Source: Acidobacteriota bacterium
GTDB taxonomy: Bacteria; Acidobacteriota; Vicinamibacteria; Vicinamibacterales; UBA2999
Length of the DNA stretch: 64,000 bases
Assembly: GCA_031376505.1 (NCBI GenBank)
Contig: JANMDX010000282.1
Location: 9,536-73,535 of the forward strand
Direction: 5' to 3'
In this document: positions 29,749-41,261 of the stretch, in pieces
Layout of the letters: each line of letters opens with the position of its first letter
How positions within the stretch are numbered: position 1 is the stretch's first letter
Notes under the pieces: generated by a model
Seen by the model: the letters and a program-made list of their open reading frames with translations, nothing else
Told to the model about the DNA's origin: nothing
Databases searched by the model: none
Translations under genes and position numbers: made by a program

Positions 29749-31383
29749 ATGCCACGACTCATCATCGCCACGGCGCTGGCCGCGGTCTTCGCGGTCTTCG
29801 CCGTCGCCGTCGGGGCCGCGCAGCGCGAATCGCCGGTCGCCGGCCGCGGCCTGCGCGTCGAGGTCACGGTGCCGCCGGCGATCCGGGGCGAGCCGGTGAC
29901 CGGACGGGTCTACGTGATGGTCGCGCGCGCCAACGACCGCGAGCCGCGGCTGCAGATCGGACGCACCGGCACCCCCTTCTTCGGCCGCGACGTCAACCTG
30001 CTGCCGCCAGGACGAGCGGCGGTGCTCGATGCGTCCGACCATGGCACGCCCGTCACGTCGATGAAAGATCTGCCGCCCGGAGATTACTGGGTGCAGGGCT
30101 TCGTCAACATCTATTCGGAGTTCACCCGCGCCGACGGCCACACCGTGTGGATGCACGACGACCAGTGGGAAGGCCAGCACTGGAACGTCTCACCGGGCAA
30201 CCTCTACAGCCAGCCGCGCCGCGTGCAGATCGGACCGGCCACCGAAACCGTGAAGCTGGTGGCCGATCAGGTGATCCCACCCGTCGAGGTGCCGCCCGAC
30301 ACCGAGTGGGTGCAGCGCTTCAAGATCCAGAGCCCGCTGCTGACGAAATTCTGGGGGCGTCCGATCTACCTTGGCGCTACGGTGCTGCTGCCGCGCGACT
30401 ATCACCGTTCAACCGTGCGCTATCCGATCCTGTACCGGCAGGGGCACTTCTCGCTGGCCGCACCACTTGGATTCCAGCCCGGCACCGAGATCCACACAGC
30501 GTGGATGCGCGACGACTTCCCCCGGATGCTCGTCGTCACGCTGCAGCACCCGGCGCCGTACTTCGATGACAGCTACGGCGTGAACTCGGTCAATGTCGGA
30601 CCGTACGGCGATGCCATCACCGCGGAGCTGATGCCCGAGATCGAGCGGCGCTACCGCGCGATTGCCGAGCCCTGGGCGCGCATCACCGATGGCGGATCCA
30701 CCGGCGGCTGGATCTCGCTCGCCCATCAGATTTTCTACCCGGATCTCTACGGCGGCGTGTGGTCGTACTGCCCCGACTCGGTCACGTTCACCGATGTCGA
30801 GGGCATCAATGCCTACGCCGACGAGAACGCGTTTGTGCGCAAGGTCGACTGGCGCACGGTCCCTATCATCAACACCCGCGAAGTGAACGGCCACGTGCGG
30901 CTCACCTCGGAGCAGCGCAACCATATGGAGCTGGCCAACGGCACCAAGGGGCGTTCGGGCGAGCAGCTCGACATCTGGTCGGCGGTCTTTGGCCCGCTCG
31001 GCAAGGACGGCTACTTCGAGCCGCTCTTCGACAAGCGCACCGGGGTCATGAACCGGGCGGTGGGCGAGTACTGGCGCCAGCATTTCGACCTGCTCGAGCA
31101 CCTGAAGCGCAATTGGACCACGCTCGGTCCAAAGCTCGTGGACAAGATCCACGTCTACACCGGCACGATGGACAACTTCTTCCTGAACAACTCCACGAAG
31201 GAGCTGGAGACGTGGATGAAGACCACCGAGAACCCGCACTACGAGGGCTTTTTTCTGTACGGCGACGGCAAGGGTCACTGCTGGCAGGGCGCGGAGTCCA
31301 CGTCGGAACGGCTCCGCCAGATGGCCGCGCACATGGCGCGGCACAAGCCCGAGGGCATGACGACGCCGTGGTGGACGTACTGA
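29749..31383 (+). CDS. secreted alpha/beta-hydrolase (putative esterase)
   Basis: signal peptide, LLPRDY, GGSTGG nucleophile elbow; GAGGAG SD before ATG 29749. Confidence 0.8.
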   Translation: MPRLIIATALAAVFAVFAVAVGAAQRESPVAGRGLRVEVTVPPAIRGEPVTGRVYVMVARANDREPRLQIGRTGTPFFGRDVNLLPPGRAAVLDASDHGTPVTSMKDLPPGDYWVQGFVNIYSEFTRADGHTVWMHDDQWEGQHWNVSPGNLYSQPRRVQIGPATETVKLVADQVIPPVEVPPDTEWVQRFKIQSPLLTKFWGRPIYLGATVLLPRDYHRSTVRYPILYRQGHFSLAAPLGFQPGTEIHTAWMRDDFPRMLVVTLQHPAPYFDDSYGVNSVNVGPYGDAITAELMPEIERRYRAIAEPWARITDGGSTGGWISLAHQIFYPDLYGGVWSYCPDSVTFTDVEGINAYADENAFVRKVDWRTVPIINTREVNGHVRLTSEQRNHMELANGTKGRSGEQLDIWSAVFGPLGKDGYFEPLFDKRTGVMNRAVGEYWRQHFDLLEHLKRNWTTLGPKLVDKIHVYTGTMDNFFLNNSTKELETWMKTTENPHYEGFFLYGDGKGHCWQGAESTSERLRQMAAHMARHKPEGMTTPWWTY

Positions 31384-31387
31384 CCCC

Positions 31388-33148
31388 ATGCCGAAGTTTC
31401 CCCAGGCCTTCATCGACGAGGTGCGCGCCGTCGCCGACATCGTCACAGTGATTCAGGACTACGTGTCGCTGAAGAAGGCCGGCGCCAGCTACAAGGGGCT
31501 GTGCCCGTTCCACGCCGAGAAGTCGCCGTCATTCACGGTCAACCGGGACAAAGGCTTCTTCCATTGTTTCGGCTGCAACGTGGGCGGCGACGTGTTCAAG
31601 TTCGTCGAGCTGCAGGAGAAACTCGGCTTCCAGGACACGGTGAAGCTGGTTGCTGGCAAGTTCGGCGTGCCGGTGCCGCAAATGGAGTCCAGCGACGGCC
31701 AGCCGGAAAGCGCGGCCGAGCGCGAAGCGCTGCTCAAGATGCACGAAGTCGCCGCGGCCTACTTCGCCGAGCAGCTGGCCTCGGCCGCGGGCGCGCGCTA
31801 CCGCGAGTACCTGCAGCGTGACCGCGGACTTACGCCCGACACGGTCGCTGCCCTCAAGCTGGGCTGGGCGCCACCCTCGCGCGACGGCCTGCACAAGCGG
31901 CTCACAGCGCAGGGCTTTGCCGAGGGGCTCATTCGTCAAAGCGGGCTCGTCAGCGTGCGCGACGACGGCACCGTGGCCGACCGCTTCCGCAATCGCCTGA
32001 TGGTGCCGATTAGCCGCGACACGGGATCGATCGTCGCGTTTGGCGGCCGCGCGCTCGAATCAGGCCAGGTGCCGAAGTACTTGAATTCGCCCGAAACGCC
32101 CATCTACACGAAGAGCCGCACACTCTACGGACTGAACCTCACCAAGAGCGAGCTGCGCAAGACCGGGTTTGCCATCGTGGTCGAAGGCTACTTCGACTTC
32201 GCGCAGCTCTTCCAGGCCGGCGGCCTGCCGGTGGTAGCCACCTGCGGCACGGCGCTCACGACCCAGCAGGCTCAGATGCTCCGGCGCTTCACGCCCAAGG
32301 TGATCATCAACTTCGACCCAGACAGCGCCGGACAGAATGCCGCTGAGCGATCGAGTGAACTGCTCGTGGGCGAGGGCTTCAACGTGAACGTGGCGCGGCT
32401 GCCGGGCGACGAGGATCCCGACACCTTCATGCAGCAACACGGGCGTGAGGCCTACGTGGCCGAGTTGCAGCGCTCGCAGCCGTACCTGGAGTTCCTGCTC
32501 GAGCGTGCCGCGGCTGCACACAATCTCACTCGCGATGACAGCCGGCGCGAATTCCTGCAGCAGATGCTGGGGGTCGCGGCGCGGATTCCAGACCCCGCCG
32601 CGCGCGACCAGTTCGCCGACCGGCTCGCGCATAAGGCGCGCGTTACGGAAGAGGTGGTGCGCTCGGAGATCCGGAAAGCCGCCGCGGCCAGGAAGACGTC
32701 TTTACCTGAAAGACTGACCCCGGCCGCCACGCACGTCACCGACACGGAACGGGGCCTGTTGTGGGCCATCTTGCACACGCCCGAGGTGGCGGCGACGGCG
32801 CTGCGATCGCTTCAACCCGAAGACCTGCAAGGACTTGCCTCGGAAGCGCTGTTGCAGAAGGCGATCGGGCTGGCGGGTGGAGATACCCAGATGTTGCCAA
32901 CCACCTTGATGGAGCGTCTAACTGAACGAGAGGCTCAGATGCTGGCCCGAGCCGGGTCTGAGCGTCAGGCGCCGGTTCTCGACCTGAGCGCGTGCGTAGA
33001 CGCGCTGCGCGACTCGCGCGTCAGGCGCGACCTGACCGACCTCGACGCCGAGATCGCCCGCCTGTCAGCCAAGGACCCGTCATCGGCGCGGCTGACAGAA
33101 TTGGTCATGAAAAAGATTGCGATTCGACGACGACTTGGCAAAACTTAA
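31388..33148 (+). CDS. dnaG: DNA primase
   Basis: CPFH...HCFGC zinc finger, DRFRNR, KYLNSPET, VEGYFD, FDPDSAG. Confidence 0.97.
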   Translation: MPKFPQAFIDEVRAVADIVTVIQDYVSLKKAGASYKGLCPFHAEKSPSFTVNRDKGFFHCFGCNVGGDVFKFVELQEKLGFQDTVKLVAGKFGVPVPQMESSDGQPESAAEREALLKMHEVAAAYFAEQLASAAGARYREYLQRDRGLTPDTVAALKLGWAPPSRDGLHKRLTAQGFAEGLIRQSGLVSVRDDGTVADRFRNRLMVPISRDTGSIVAFGGRALESGQVPKYLNSPETPIYTKSRTLYGLNLTKSELRKTGFAIVVEGYFDFAQLFQAGGLPVVATCGTALTTQQAQMLRRFTPKVIINFDPDSAGQNAAERSSELLVGEGFNVNVARLPGDEDPDTFMQQHGREAYVAELQRSQPYLEFLLERAAAAHNLTRDDSRREFLQQMLGVAARIPDPAARDQFADRLAHKARVTEEVVRSEIRKAAAARKTSLPERLTPAATHVTDTERGLLWAILHTPEVAATALRSLQPEDLQGLASEALLQKAIGLAGGDTQMLPTTLMERLTEREAQMLARAGSERQAPVLDLSACVDALRDSRVRRDLTDLDAEIARLSAKDPSSARLTELVMKKIAIRRRLGKT

Positions 33149-33163
33149 CGGCCCTTCGCGGAC

Positions 33164-33169
33164 TACAAT
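33164..33169 (+). promoter_or_regulatory. -10 element (TACAAT) upstream of rpoD
   Basis: near-consensus -10 in the AT-rich dnaG-rpoD spacer. Confidence 0.5.
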
Positions 33170-33190
33170 ATAAAGCTACCCAAAACACAC

Positions 33191-34963
<1,773 letters not shown>

Positions 34964-35006
34964 AACACGGGCTAGCGGCTAGGTTCTAGCGGCTGGGAAG
35001 AACACG

Positions 35007-35046
35007 AAGGGGCCGGGCGCTGAAGGCGCACCGGCCCTTTCTTTTT
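35007..35046 (+). terminator. Rho-independent terminator after rpoD
   Basis: aaggggccgg...ccggcccttt stem followed by ctttttg. Confidence 0.85.
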
Positions 35047-35064
35047 GCGGTACACTTTCAGGCC

Positions 35065-35151
35065 ATGGAAGATCTGACGCTGCTCTGGATTCCGGCCGGG
35101 TTGATCTTCATCGTGGCGTCGGTCGCGTTGATGTTCTTGCTGACGGCGTAG
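35065..35151 (+). CDS. putative 28-aa single-TM small protein (leaderless)
   Basis: MEDLTLLWIPAGLIFIVASVALMFLLTA*; TACACT at 35051-35056 lies 8 nt upstream; most third positions are G/C. Confidence 0.55.
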   Translation: MEDLTLLWIPAGLIFIVASVALMFLLTA

Positions 35152-35176
35152 CCCCGCGCCGCTCTCGGCTGGCGCG

Positions 35177-36721
35177 TCAGCGCTCGCGCTGACGCGTGGT
35201 CACGCCCGCCCGGGCGTGAATGGCGGTGGCGACGTGGCGCGCCGACTCGAACGCGCCCTGCATCCAGGCGTTCAGGTCGAGGTGATCGCCGGCGAGGTAG
35301 ACGCGCCCCTGCGGTTCCTTCAGCTTGGCCTTGGTGGCCGGCGGCGTCGCGGACCACGACCCTTTGTTCCACCGCACCTTGTGCCAAGCCACCGAGAAGG
35401 CGTTGTCGAACTCGGTCGCGTACTGCGGGTGAATCTTGCCGCCCTGTTCGAGGGCAATGGCCAGCCGTTCCGCCGGCGTCATCTCGCCAATCGGCCGGCC
35501 GCTCTGGCCCTGCAGGTAGTAGCCGACGAGCGTGCCCTTCCTGCCCAGATATCCGGTGGACGGGTACACGATCTGGGTGATGTCCAGATCGGTCTTGGTG
35601 GCGCCGCCAAAAATCTGGTGGTCTTCTTCCCAGAACCGGCGCTTGAACTGCAGCCCGATCTTGCCGGCCGCCGCGTACGGCACTGACGAGATCAGCTGTT
35701 TGAACTCGGGCGTGAAGTCGGAGTCGACCTCGGCCAGCAGCGGCAGCGGCATCGCGCACACCAGGTAGTCGGCTTCGAGCTTGCGCAGCGCACCGGCCTT
35801 GTCGGCGTAGGTGACCGTGACGCCGTTGTCGGTCTGCCGGATCTCGCGGGCCACAGCGTTGTAGGTGATGCTGCCCTTCAATCGGGCCGCGATCGCCTTG
35901 GGCAGGTTGTCCATGCCGCCCACCACCTGGAACATGGTGGGTTGGTACTCGTAGGTCAGGTCGATCTGGTTCAACATGCGCGAGCCGAGCAGGTCGCTCA
36001 GCGCAAAGGGCGTCGCGGTCTCCGCACCTCCGGCGGCCAACGGCTCATCCGGGCCGCGCATCTGAAGACTGCCGGTGTATTTGCCCTGCGCGGTCAGGCG
36101 CCCCTTGCCGCGCAGGTAGTCGAGCAGGCGCTGCCGATCGTCTTTCGTGAGCACGTCGTCGAGCACGTTCTGCGACGTCGCCTTGCTCAGGAGTTCGCTC
36201 ACATAGCCATCGATGTCGGCCCGCACCTCGCGCAGGCGCACGCGCCGGTTGGTCAGGCCGGTGCCCTTGGTGGGATAGAAGAACGCGTTGTCGGCGCTGA
36301 CCGCGAACACCTCAATCGGCACGCCCAGTTCGCGGCAGTACGCCAGGGTCGTGTCGTGATGAAACGCAATCCGCATCGGACCGGGGTTGAAGTACTGCCC
36401 GTCGTCGTAGGCGCACGTCTGCGTGGAACCCTCTTCCTCGCTGGCCGTGCCACGGCGGACCGTGTGGGCACGTCCGCCGGGCCGGGGCCGGGCTTCGAGC
36501 ACATGACAGGTGTAGCCGAGCTTCTCGAGCTCATAGGCAGTCGTCAGGCCGGCGATCCCGCCGCCCACGACTGCCACGCGCACGCCCGCCCCCGTGCCAC
36601 GCAGGCCAAACGGCGCCGACTCGCCTGCGGCGAGTAACCCCAGCCCGTGCATCGAGTCGTAGGCCAGCGAGACGCCACCGGTGGCGGCAATCTGTTCGAT
36701 GAAATGACGTCTGGTCAGCAT
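35177..36721 (-). CDS. flavin monoamine oxidase / L-amino acid oxidase family, Tat-exported
   Basis: TRRHFI Tat motif, GGGIAG dinucleotide fold, EARPRPGGR, GPMRI, LAGDH...WMQGA. Confidence 0.88.
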   Translation of the reverse strand: MLTRRHFIEQIAATGGVSLAYDSMHGLGLLAAGESAPFGLRGTGAGVRVAVVGGGIAGLTTAYELEKLGYTCHVLEARPRPGGRAHTVRRGTASEEEGSTQTCAYDDGQYFNPGPMRIAFHHDTTLAYCRELGVPIEVFAVSADNAFFYPTKGTGLTNRRVRLREVRADIDGYVSELLSKATSQNVLDDVLTKDDRQRLLDYLRGKGRLTAQGKYTGSLQMRGPDEPLAAGGAETATPFALSDLLGSRMLNQIDLTYEYQPTMFQVVGGMDNLPKAIAARLKGSITYNAVAREIRQTDNGVTVTYADKAGALRKLEADYLVCAMPLPLLAEVDSDFTPEFKQLISSVPYAAAGKIGLQFKRRFWEEDHQIFGGATKTDLDITQIVYPSTGYLGRKGTLVGYYLQGQSGRPIGEMTPAERLAIALEQGGKIHPQYATEFDNAFSVAWHKVRWNKGSWSATPPATKAKLKEPQGRVYLAGDHLDLNAWMQGAFESARHVATAIHARAGVTTRQRER

Positions 36722-36766
36722 ATGGAACAGCTCCTCGTTCTGGGTCGCGTGAATGGCCGCTCAGCG

Positions 36767-37222
36767 CTAGCGCTGATGCGATGCCACGGCGACGTTCGGG
36801 GCACGCTTGCCCGTCGCGATGCCACCGATCTTCACGGACGTGGTGGCCAGCAGCGGCGCAGCGCCAGCCGTCGCGCCGTTCTGGTGCAGGATGAAGGCAA
36901 CGACGGTCAGGTTCTCGTCGGCCGGAAGCGGCGTACCGCCTGGTGGCATGCCCTGCACGTAGTTGAAGAGGTCAACGGTCGTCTGCGCGCCCCACGCCTT
37001 GACGAAGTCGGCACCGGCGAGCGCGGGCGCATCGGCGCCGCCCAGATCCGCTCCGTGGCAGGCGGCACAGGTCGTCGCGTAGTGCGCCTTGCCGGCCTCG
37101 GCCTGCGCCGCCGTGAACACCAACGCGGCAGGAGCCTGACCTGCGGCGGAAGCAGAATGAGCCACCAGAACGGCCGCCGCCACGGTGGAGACAAACAGAG
37201 TCAAGTCAGAAGCCATACGCAT
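36767..37222 (-). CDS. c-type cytochrome (monoheme, secreted)
   Basis: CAACH heme motif, MPPG axial Met, signal peptide; start at 37222 or 37216. Confidence 0.85.
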   Translation of the reverse strand: MRMASDLTLFVSTVAAAVLVAHSASAAGQAPAALVFTAAQAEAGKAHYATTCAACHGADLGGADAPALAGADFVKAWGAQTTVDLFNYVQGMPPGGTPLPADENLTVVAFILHQNGATAGAAPLLATTSVKIGGIATGKRAPNVAVASHQR

Positions 37223-37279
37223 AGAGTCGTGTCTTCCCGATGATACATCCGGCAAGGCCAGGTGGCGCTCCGGGCGGCC

Positions 37280-38314
37280 CTACGCCGGTTGGGGTTCGGC
37301 CTCTGGTACGCCCGGCGTCGGGGGCTCGAGCGCCATCGGGTGGTCGTGGTCGAGGAACTCGGCGCAGATGCCGTGGAACTGGGCCGCCGTCTGCGAGCGC
37401 CGGATCTGGTGCAGGAACGGCGCGGGCACGCCTTCGCCAAGATAGTTGACGAACTTCTTCATGCGCTCGCACTGCGTCTTCTCGGGCTTGTCGGCGCTGG
37501 TCTGCGAGTCCCAGAGTGCTCGTATGTAGGCCATGACGTCGCGTCCGGTCGGCAGTGTCACGGGCTCGCCGCGCAGTTGTTGGCGAATCTGGTTGAACAG
37601 CCAGGGGCTGCGGATGACGCCTCGGCCAATCATGAGCCCGCGGGCCCTGGTCGCTGCCAGCAGGTCCTGTGCCTGCGCCGCGGAATAGACATGCCCGTTG
37701 GCAATAACCGGACATGGCATGGCGTCAGACGCCTGCCGGATAAGGTCGTAGTGCACGGGCAGCCGGTACATCTGCGCCACGGTGCGGGCATGCACGGTCA
37801 GGGCGTCGAGCGAGTGCCTGGCGAAGACCGGCAGCAGCGTATCGAACTCCTCGACCGACGCAAAGCCCACACGGGTCTTCACCGTGAACTTGATCGTCAC
37901 CGCGTCGCGCAGCGCCCCAAGAATCCGGTCGATGCGCTGTGGCTCGCGCAGCAGTCCGCCGCCGGCGCACTTACGGTACACGATCGGCGCGGGACAGCCC
38001 AGGTTGAGGTCGATGGCGGCCACGGGCAGTTGCTGCAGTTGCCTGGCCGTACGGACGAGCGACGGGATGTCGTTGCCGATGAGCTGCGCCACGACCGGCC
38101 GGCCGGTCGTGTTCCGCACGATGGAGTCGACGATCCACTTCTCGGGCCGCGACTCGGCCTGCACCCGGAGGTACTCCGTCCAATAGACATCCGCGCCGCC
38201 GTACCGGTGCATGAGCGTCCAGAAGTCGCCGTCCGTGACGTCTTGCATCGGCGCCAGGGCGAGAAACGGCGTGGCGCCGGTCAGCAGCCGCTCGAACTGT
38301 TGGTGAAGGCTCAC
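37280..38314 (-). CDS. tRNA-dihydrouridine synthase family protein
   Basis: LAPMQDVTD, DLNLGCP, VKTRVG, VHART, ANGHV, MIGRG. Confidence 0.9.
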   Translation of the reverse strand: MSLHQQFERLLTGATPFLALAPMQDVTDGDFWTLMHRYGGADVYWTEYLRVQAESRPEKWIVDSIVRNTTGRPVVAQLIGNDIPSLVRTARQLQQLPVAAIDLNLGCPAPIVYRKCAGGGLLREPQRIDRILGALRDAVTIKFTVKTRVGFASVEEFDTLLPVFARHSLDALTVHARTVAQMYRLPVHYDLIRQASDAMPCPVIANGHVYSAAQAQDLLAATRARGLMIGRGVIRSPWLFNQIRQQLRGEPVTLPTGRDVMAYIRALWDSQTSADKPEKTQCERMKKFVNYLGEGVPAPFLHQIRRSQTAAQFHGICAEFLDHDHPMALEPPTPGVPEAEPQPA

Positions 38315-38317
38315 GCG

Positions 38318-38749
38318 TCAGCGCAGCAGGGTGACGGGAAGCACCGAGTGAACCACGACATAGTGCGCCACCGACCCCACGAGCAATTCGGCCACCGCGC
38401 CACGACCGCGAGTGCCCATCACAATCTGCTGGCACTGCAGCTTGGCGGCAAACGCGATCACCGTGGGACCCAGTTCGCCAACGCCCACGTGCAGGTGCGG
38501 CGTCACGCCGGCCGCTTCCGCGAGCGCGACGCAGCCGGCCAGCGCGCCCATCCCTTCGTCGCGGTGGTAGCTGTCACGGTCGGCGTGTGAGACCAGCGAC
38601 GCGGCCACGCCGCGCACCGCGGGCTGCACGTTGAGCAGATGCAGTTCGACCAGAAGTCCGCGCGACGCCAGATCGATCACGTACGCGGTGGCGCGCGTGG
38701 CTGGTTCCGAGCCGTCGACCGGCACGAGTATACGAACGGCGTCACTCAC
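38318..38749 (-). CDS. universal stress protein
   Basis: ILVPVDGS, IVMGTRGRG...GSVA. Confidence 0.9.
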   Translation of the reverse strand: MSDAVRILVPVDGSEPATRATAYVIDLASRGLLVELHLLNVQPAVRGVAASLVSHADRDSYHRDEGMGALAGCVALAEAAGVTPHLHVGVGELGPTVIAFAAKLQCQQIVMGTRGRGAVAELLVGSVAHYVVVHSVLPVTLLR

Positions 38750-39471
38750 TTACGATCCTCCGGGGCCAGGTCGACGACGTCGTGCCGGAGCGCATCGGCG
38801 CGCCTGGCCAACAGCAGACCGACGGCCATCACCGCCAGCGCCAGGGCCGGCTTGGCGGCGAGGGACTGCAGGTGCTCGTCGTAGGGCAGGTGCGAAAACA
38901 CGGCCGGGTCGCTCACGATGATCTCGCCGGCGATCCAGCCAAGCAGCCCCCCGCCAAACAACACCAGCGTCGGAAAGCGATTGAGCACGCCCAGCACGAG
39001 CTGGCTGCCGAACACGATGAGCGGAATGCTGATGATGAGGCCCAGCGTAATGAGCAGCACACTGCCGTGGGCGGCTGCGGCAATGGCCACGACGTTGTCG
39101 AGCGACATCACGGCATCGGCCACCATGATCGTCTGAATGGCGCCCCACACGTCGGGCCTGGCGGCGATGCCGTCGCCACTACCGTCACCTTCGGGCACGA
39201 CCAGCTTCACGCCGATATAGAGCAGCAGCAGGCCGCCAACCAGCTTCAGGTAGGGCACCTGCAGCAGCCACACGATGATCAGGCAAAAAGCGATGCGCAT
39301 CACGACCGCCCCGGCGCTGCCACCGAGCACTGCCGCGCGTCGCTGCTCGGCCGGCAGCGACCGGCTGGCCAGCGCGATCACGACGGCGTTGTCACCGGAG
39401 AGCAGGATGTTGATGCCCATGATCTGGAGCAGATCGAACCAGAACTGGGGACTCGCGAGCTCAGCGAGCAT
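38746..39471 (-). CDS. TerC/YjbE family membrane protein
   Basis: LLSGDNAVVIALA, ADAVMSLDNVVAIA; ATG at 39471. Confidence 0.9.
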   Translation of the reverse strand: MLAELASPQFWFDLLQIMGINILLSGDNAVVIALASRSLPAEQRRAAVLGGSAGAVVMRIAFCLIIVWLLQVPYLKLVGGLLLLYIGVKLVVPEGDGSGDGIAARPDVWGAIQTIMVADAVMSLDNVVAIAAAAHGSVLLITLGLIISIPLIVFGSQLVLGVLNRFPTLVLFGGGLLGWIAGEIIVSDPAVFSHLPYDEHLQSLAAKPALALAVMAVGLLLARRADALRHDVVDLAPEDRK

Positions 39472-39713
39472 CGTGCCTTCGACTCCTTCGCGAGCCGTCG
39501 AGGACGGGCGCGGCGGGCGAGTGACGGCCCAGACGTAGCGATGCAGACGCCTGGGTGCAGCGAGCGCCGCCGGCCCGCACTGACCATGATCGTGCGGAAC
39601 ACGCGTCGGAGACAAGTCGGCAGTGTGGCCGGCGCCTGCGAAGACGGGCACATCACCTCGCCTGGTCCGCACGGCGCACGCTCGGGGTAAGCTATCCAGG
39701 CGCGTGCATCCGA

Positions 39714-39789
39714 GGGCCCATAGCTCAGCGGTTAGAGCAGCCGGCTCATAACCGGTCGGTCCCTGGTTCAAATCCAGGTGGGCCCACCA
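39714..39789 (+). tRNA. tRNA with CAU anticodon, most likely tRNA-Ile2 (lysidine)
   Basis: GGGCCCA acceptor, TAGCTCAG D-arm, CTCATAA loop, GGTTCAAATCC T-arm, encoded CCA; paired G1-C72 (not initiator) and C4/C5 TilS determinants. Confidence 0.92.
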
Positions 39790-39860
39790 CACCGTGCGGC
39801 ACAGTCGCCCAGGCGGCCGCTGAAACGGGACCTGGACGTTCTGGCCGCGCGTAGCGGGCT

Positions 39861-41261
39861 CTACGCGCGCGCCGACAGCGCGATTCTGGCGGCGACAAAG
39901 ACCGCGGCGGCTTCAGCTGCGCGTGGATGCGCGCCGTCTTCCACCACGGCGTGTCCGCCGGCGAACACCGCGTCGATCGCCGACCCGCGATGGCTCGCAA
40001 ACAGGTGGGCATCAAGCGCGGAGGCCGCCGGCAGGCCGGCAATGAGGGCATGGGCGGCATCGAGCACGACGAGGTCGACACGCTGCCCTGGCGCGATCCC
40101 GGCAACCGCACGTCCCGACGCCGCCGCGCCGCCGGCCACGGCCGCCAAGGTCAGCGCGGTGCCCACGTGCGGCTGCCCGGGTGTGGCCGTCACGTTCCTT
40201 CGATTGGTGCGCAGACGCTGCGAGTACTCGAACGCCCGCAATTCCTCCGCCGCGTTCACCGTGATGTGACTATCGGACCCGACACCCCATCGCCCCGGAT
40301 CCGCCGCCGCTCTACCCGCCCACGCCGGCCAGTCGAAGATGCCATCGCCAAGGTTGGCTTCGGTCGTGGGACACAGACCGGCGATCGCGCCAGTGCGCGC
40401 GGCGCGCCTCGATTCCTCAGGCGTCATGTGGGTGGCATGCACGAGACACCAGCGGTCATCCACCGGTGCGTGGTCGAGCAACCACGCCACCGGGCGCCGA
40501 CCGCTCCACGCCACACACTCCTCCACCTCGCGGACCTGCTCGGCGACGTGGATGTGAACGGGCGCGGTCGAGTCGAGATGCGCGAGTCCGTCGAGCGCGT
40601 CACGCATCGCCTCGGGCGCCACCGCACGCAGCGAGTGAATCGCCAGGCCGACGCGGGCGTCCGCGCCCGCGACGGCGTCGCTCACCTTCGTGAGAAGCGA
40701 CAGCAGCGACTCGGTCGTGCGAAGAAATCGCCGCTGCCCGTCGGTGGGTGGCGCGCCGCCAAATCCCCCCTGCTGATAGAGCACCGGCAGCAGCGTGAGG
40801 CCGATGCCCGCGCGCCGGGCCGCGCGCACCAGGCACATGGCCAGCGTCGCGTCATCGGCATAAGGGCGCCCGTCGAGATCGTTGTGGAGGTAGTGGAACT
40901 CGCACACCGAGGTGTAGCCACCTTCCAGCATCTCGATGTACAGCCACGTGGCGATGGCCTCGAGCTGGTCGGGAGTGACGTGACGCGCGAAGCGATACAT
41001 CACATCGCGCCAGCTCCAGAAGCTATCGGCCCCACCAGACCGGAACTCCGCGAGCCCGGCAAACGCCCGTTGAAACGCATGCGAGTGCAGATTGGGCATG
41101 CCTGGTACGACCGGGCCGGCCGCGCGCGGCACGCCAGGCGGGGCCGCCGTGTCCGGTGCGACCGACACGAAACGCCCGTCGATGCTCCACTCGAGCAGTA
41201 CGTCGCGGGCCCATCCTGCAGGCAGCAACGCATCGGCAGCATGCAGGCGCTGCGCGCTCAT
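39861..41261 (-). CDS. hutF: formimidoylglutamate deiminase
   Basis: [48 protein letters not shown]; ATG 41261 overlaps the hutU stop. Confidence 0.93.
   Translation of the reverse strand: MSAQRLHAADALLPAGWARDVLLEWSIDGRFVSVAPDTAAPPGVPRAAGPVVPGMPNLHSHAFQRAFAGLAEFRSGGADSFWSWRDVMYRFARHVTPDQLEAIATWLYIEMLEGGYTSVCEFHYLHNDLDGRPYADDATLAMCLVRAARRAGIGLTLLPVLYQQGGFGGAPPTDGQRRFLRTTESLLSLLTKVSDAVAGADARVGLAIHSLRAVAPEAMRDALDGLAHLDSTAPVHIHVAEQVREVEECVAWSGRRPVAWLLDHAPVDDRWCLVHATHMTPEESRRAARTGAIAGLCPTTEANLGDGIFDWPAWAGRAAADPGRWGVGSDSHITVNAAEELRAFEYSQRLRTNRRNVTATPGQPHVGTALTLAAVAGGAAASGRAVAGIAPGQRVDLVVLDAAHALIAGLPAASALDAHLFASHRGSAIDAVFAGGHAVVEDGAHPRAAEAAAVFVAARIALSARA

Noticed and set aside
34972-34994. CTAGCGGCT direct repeat after the rpoD stop
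   Set aside because: Only two 9-nt copies, with no array or functional evidence.
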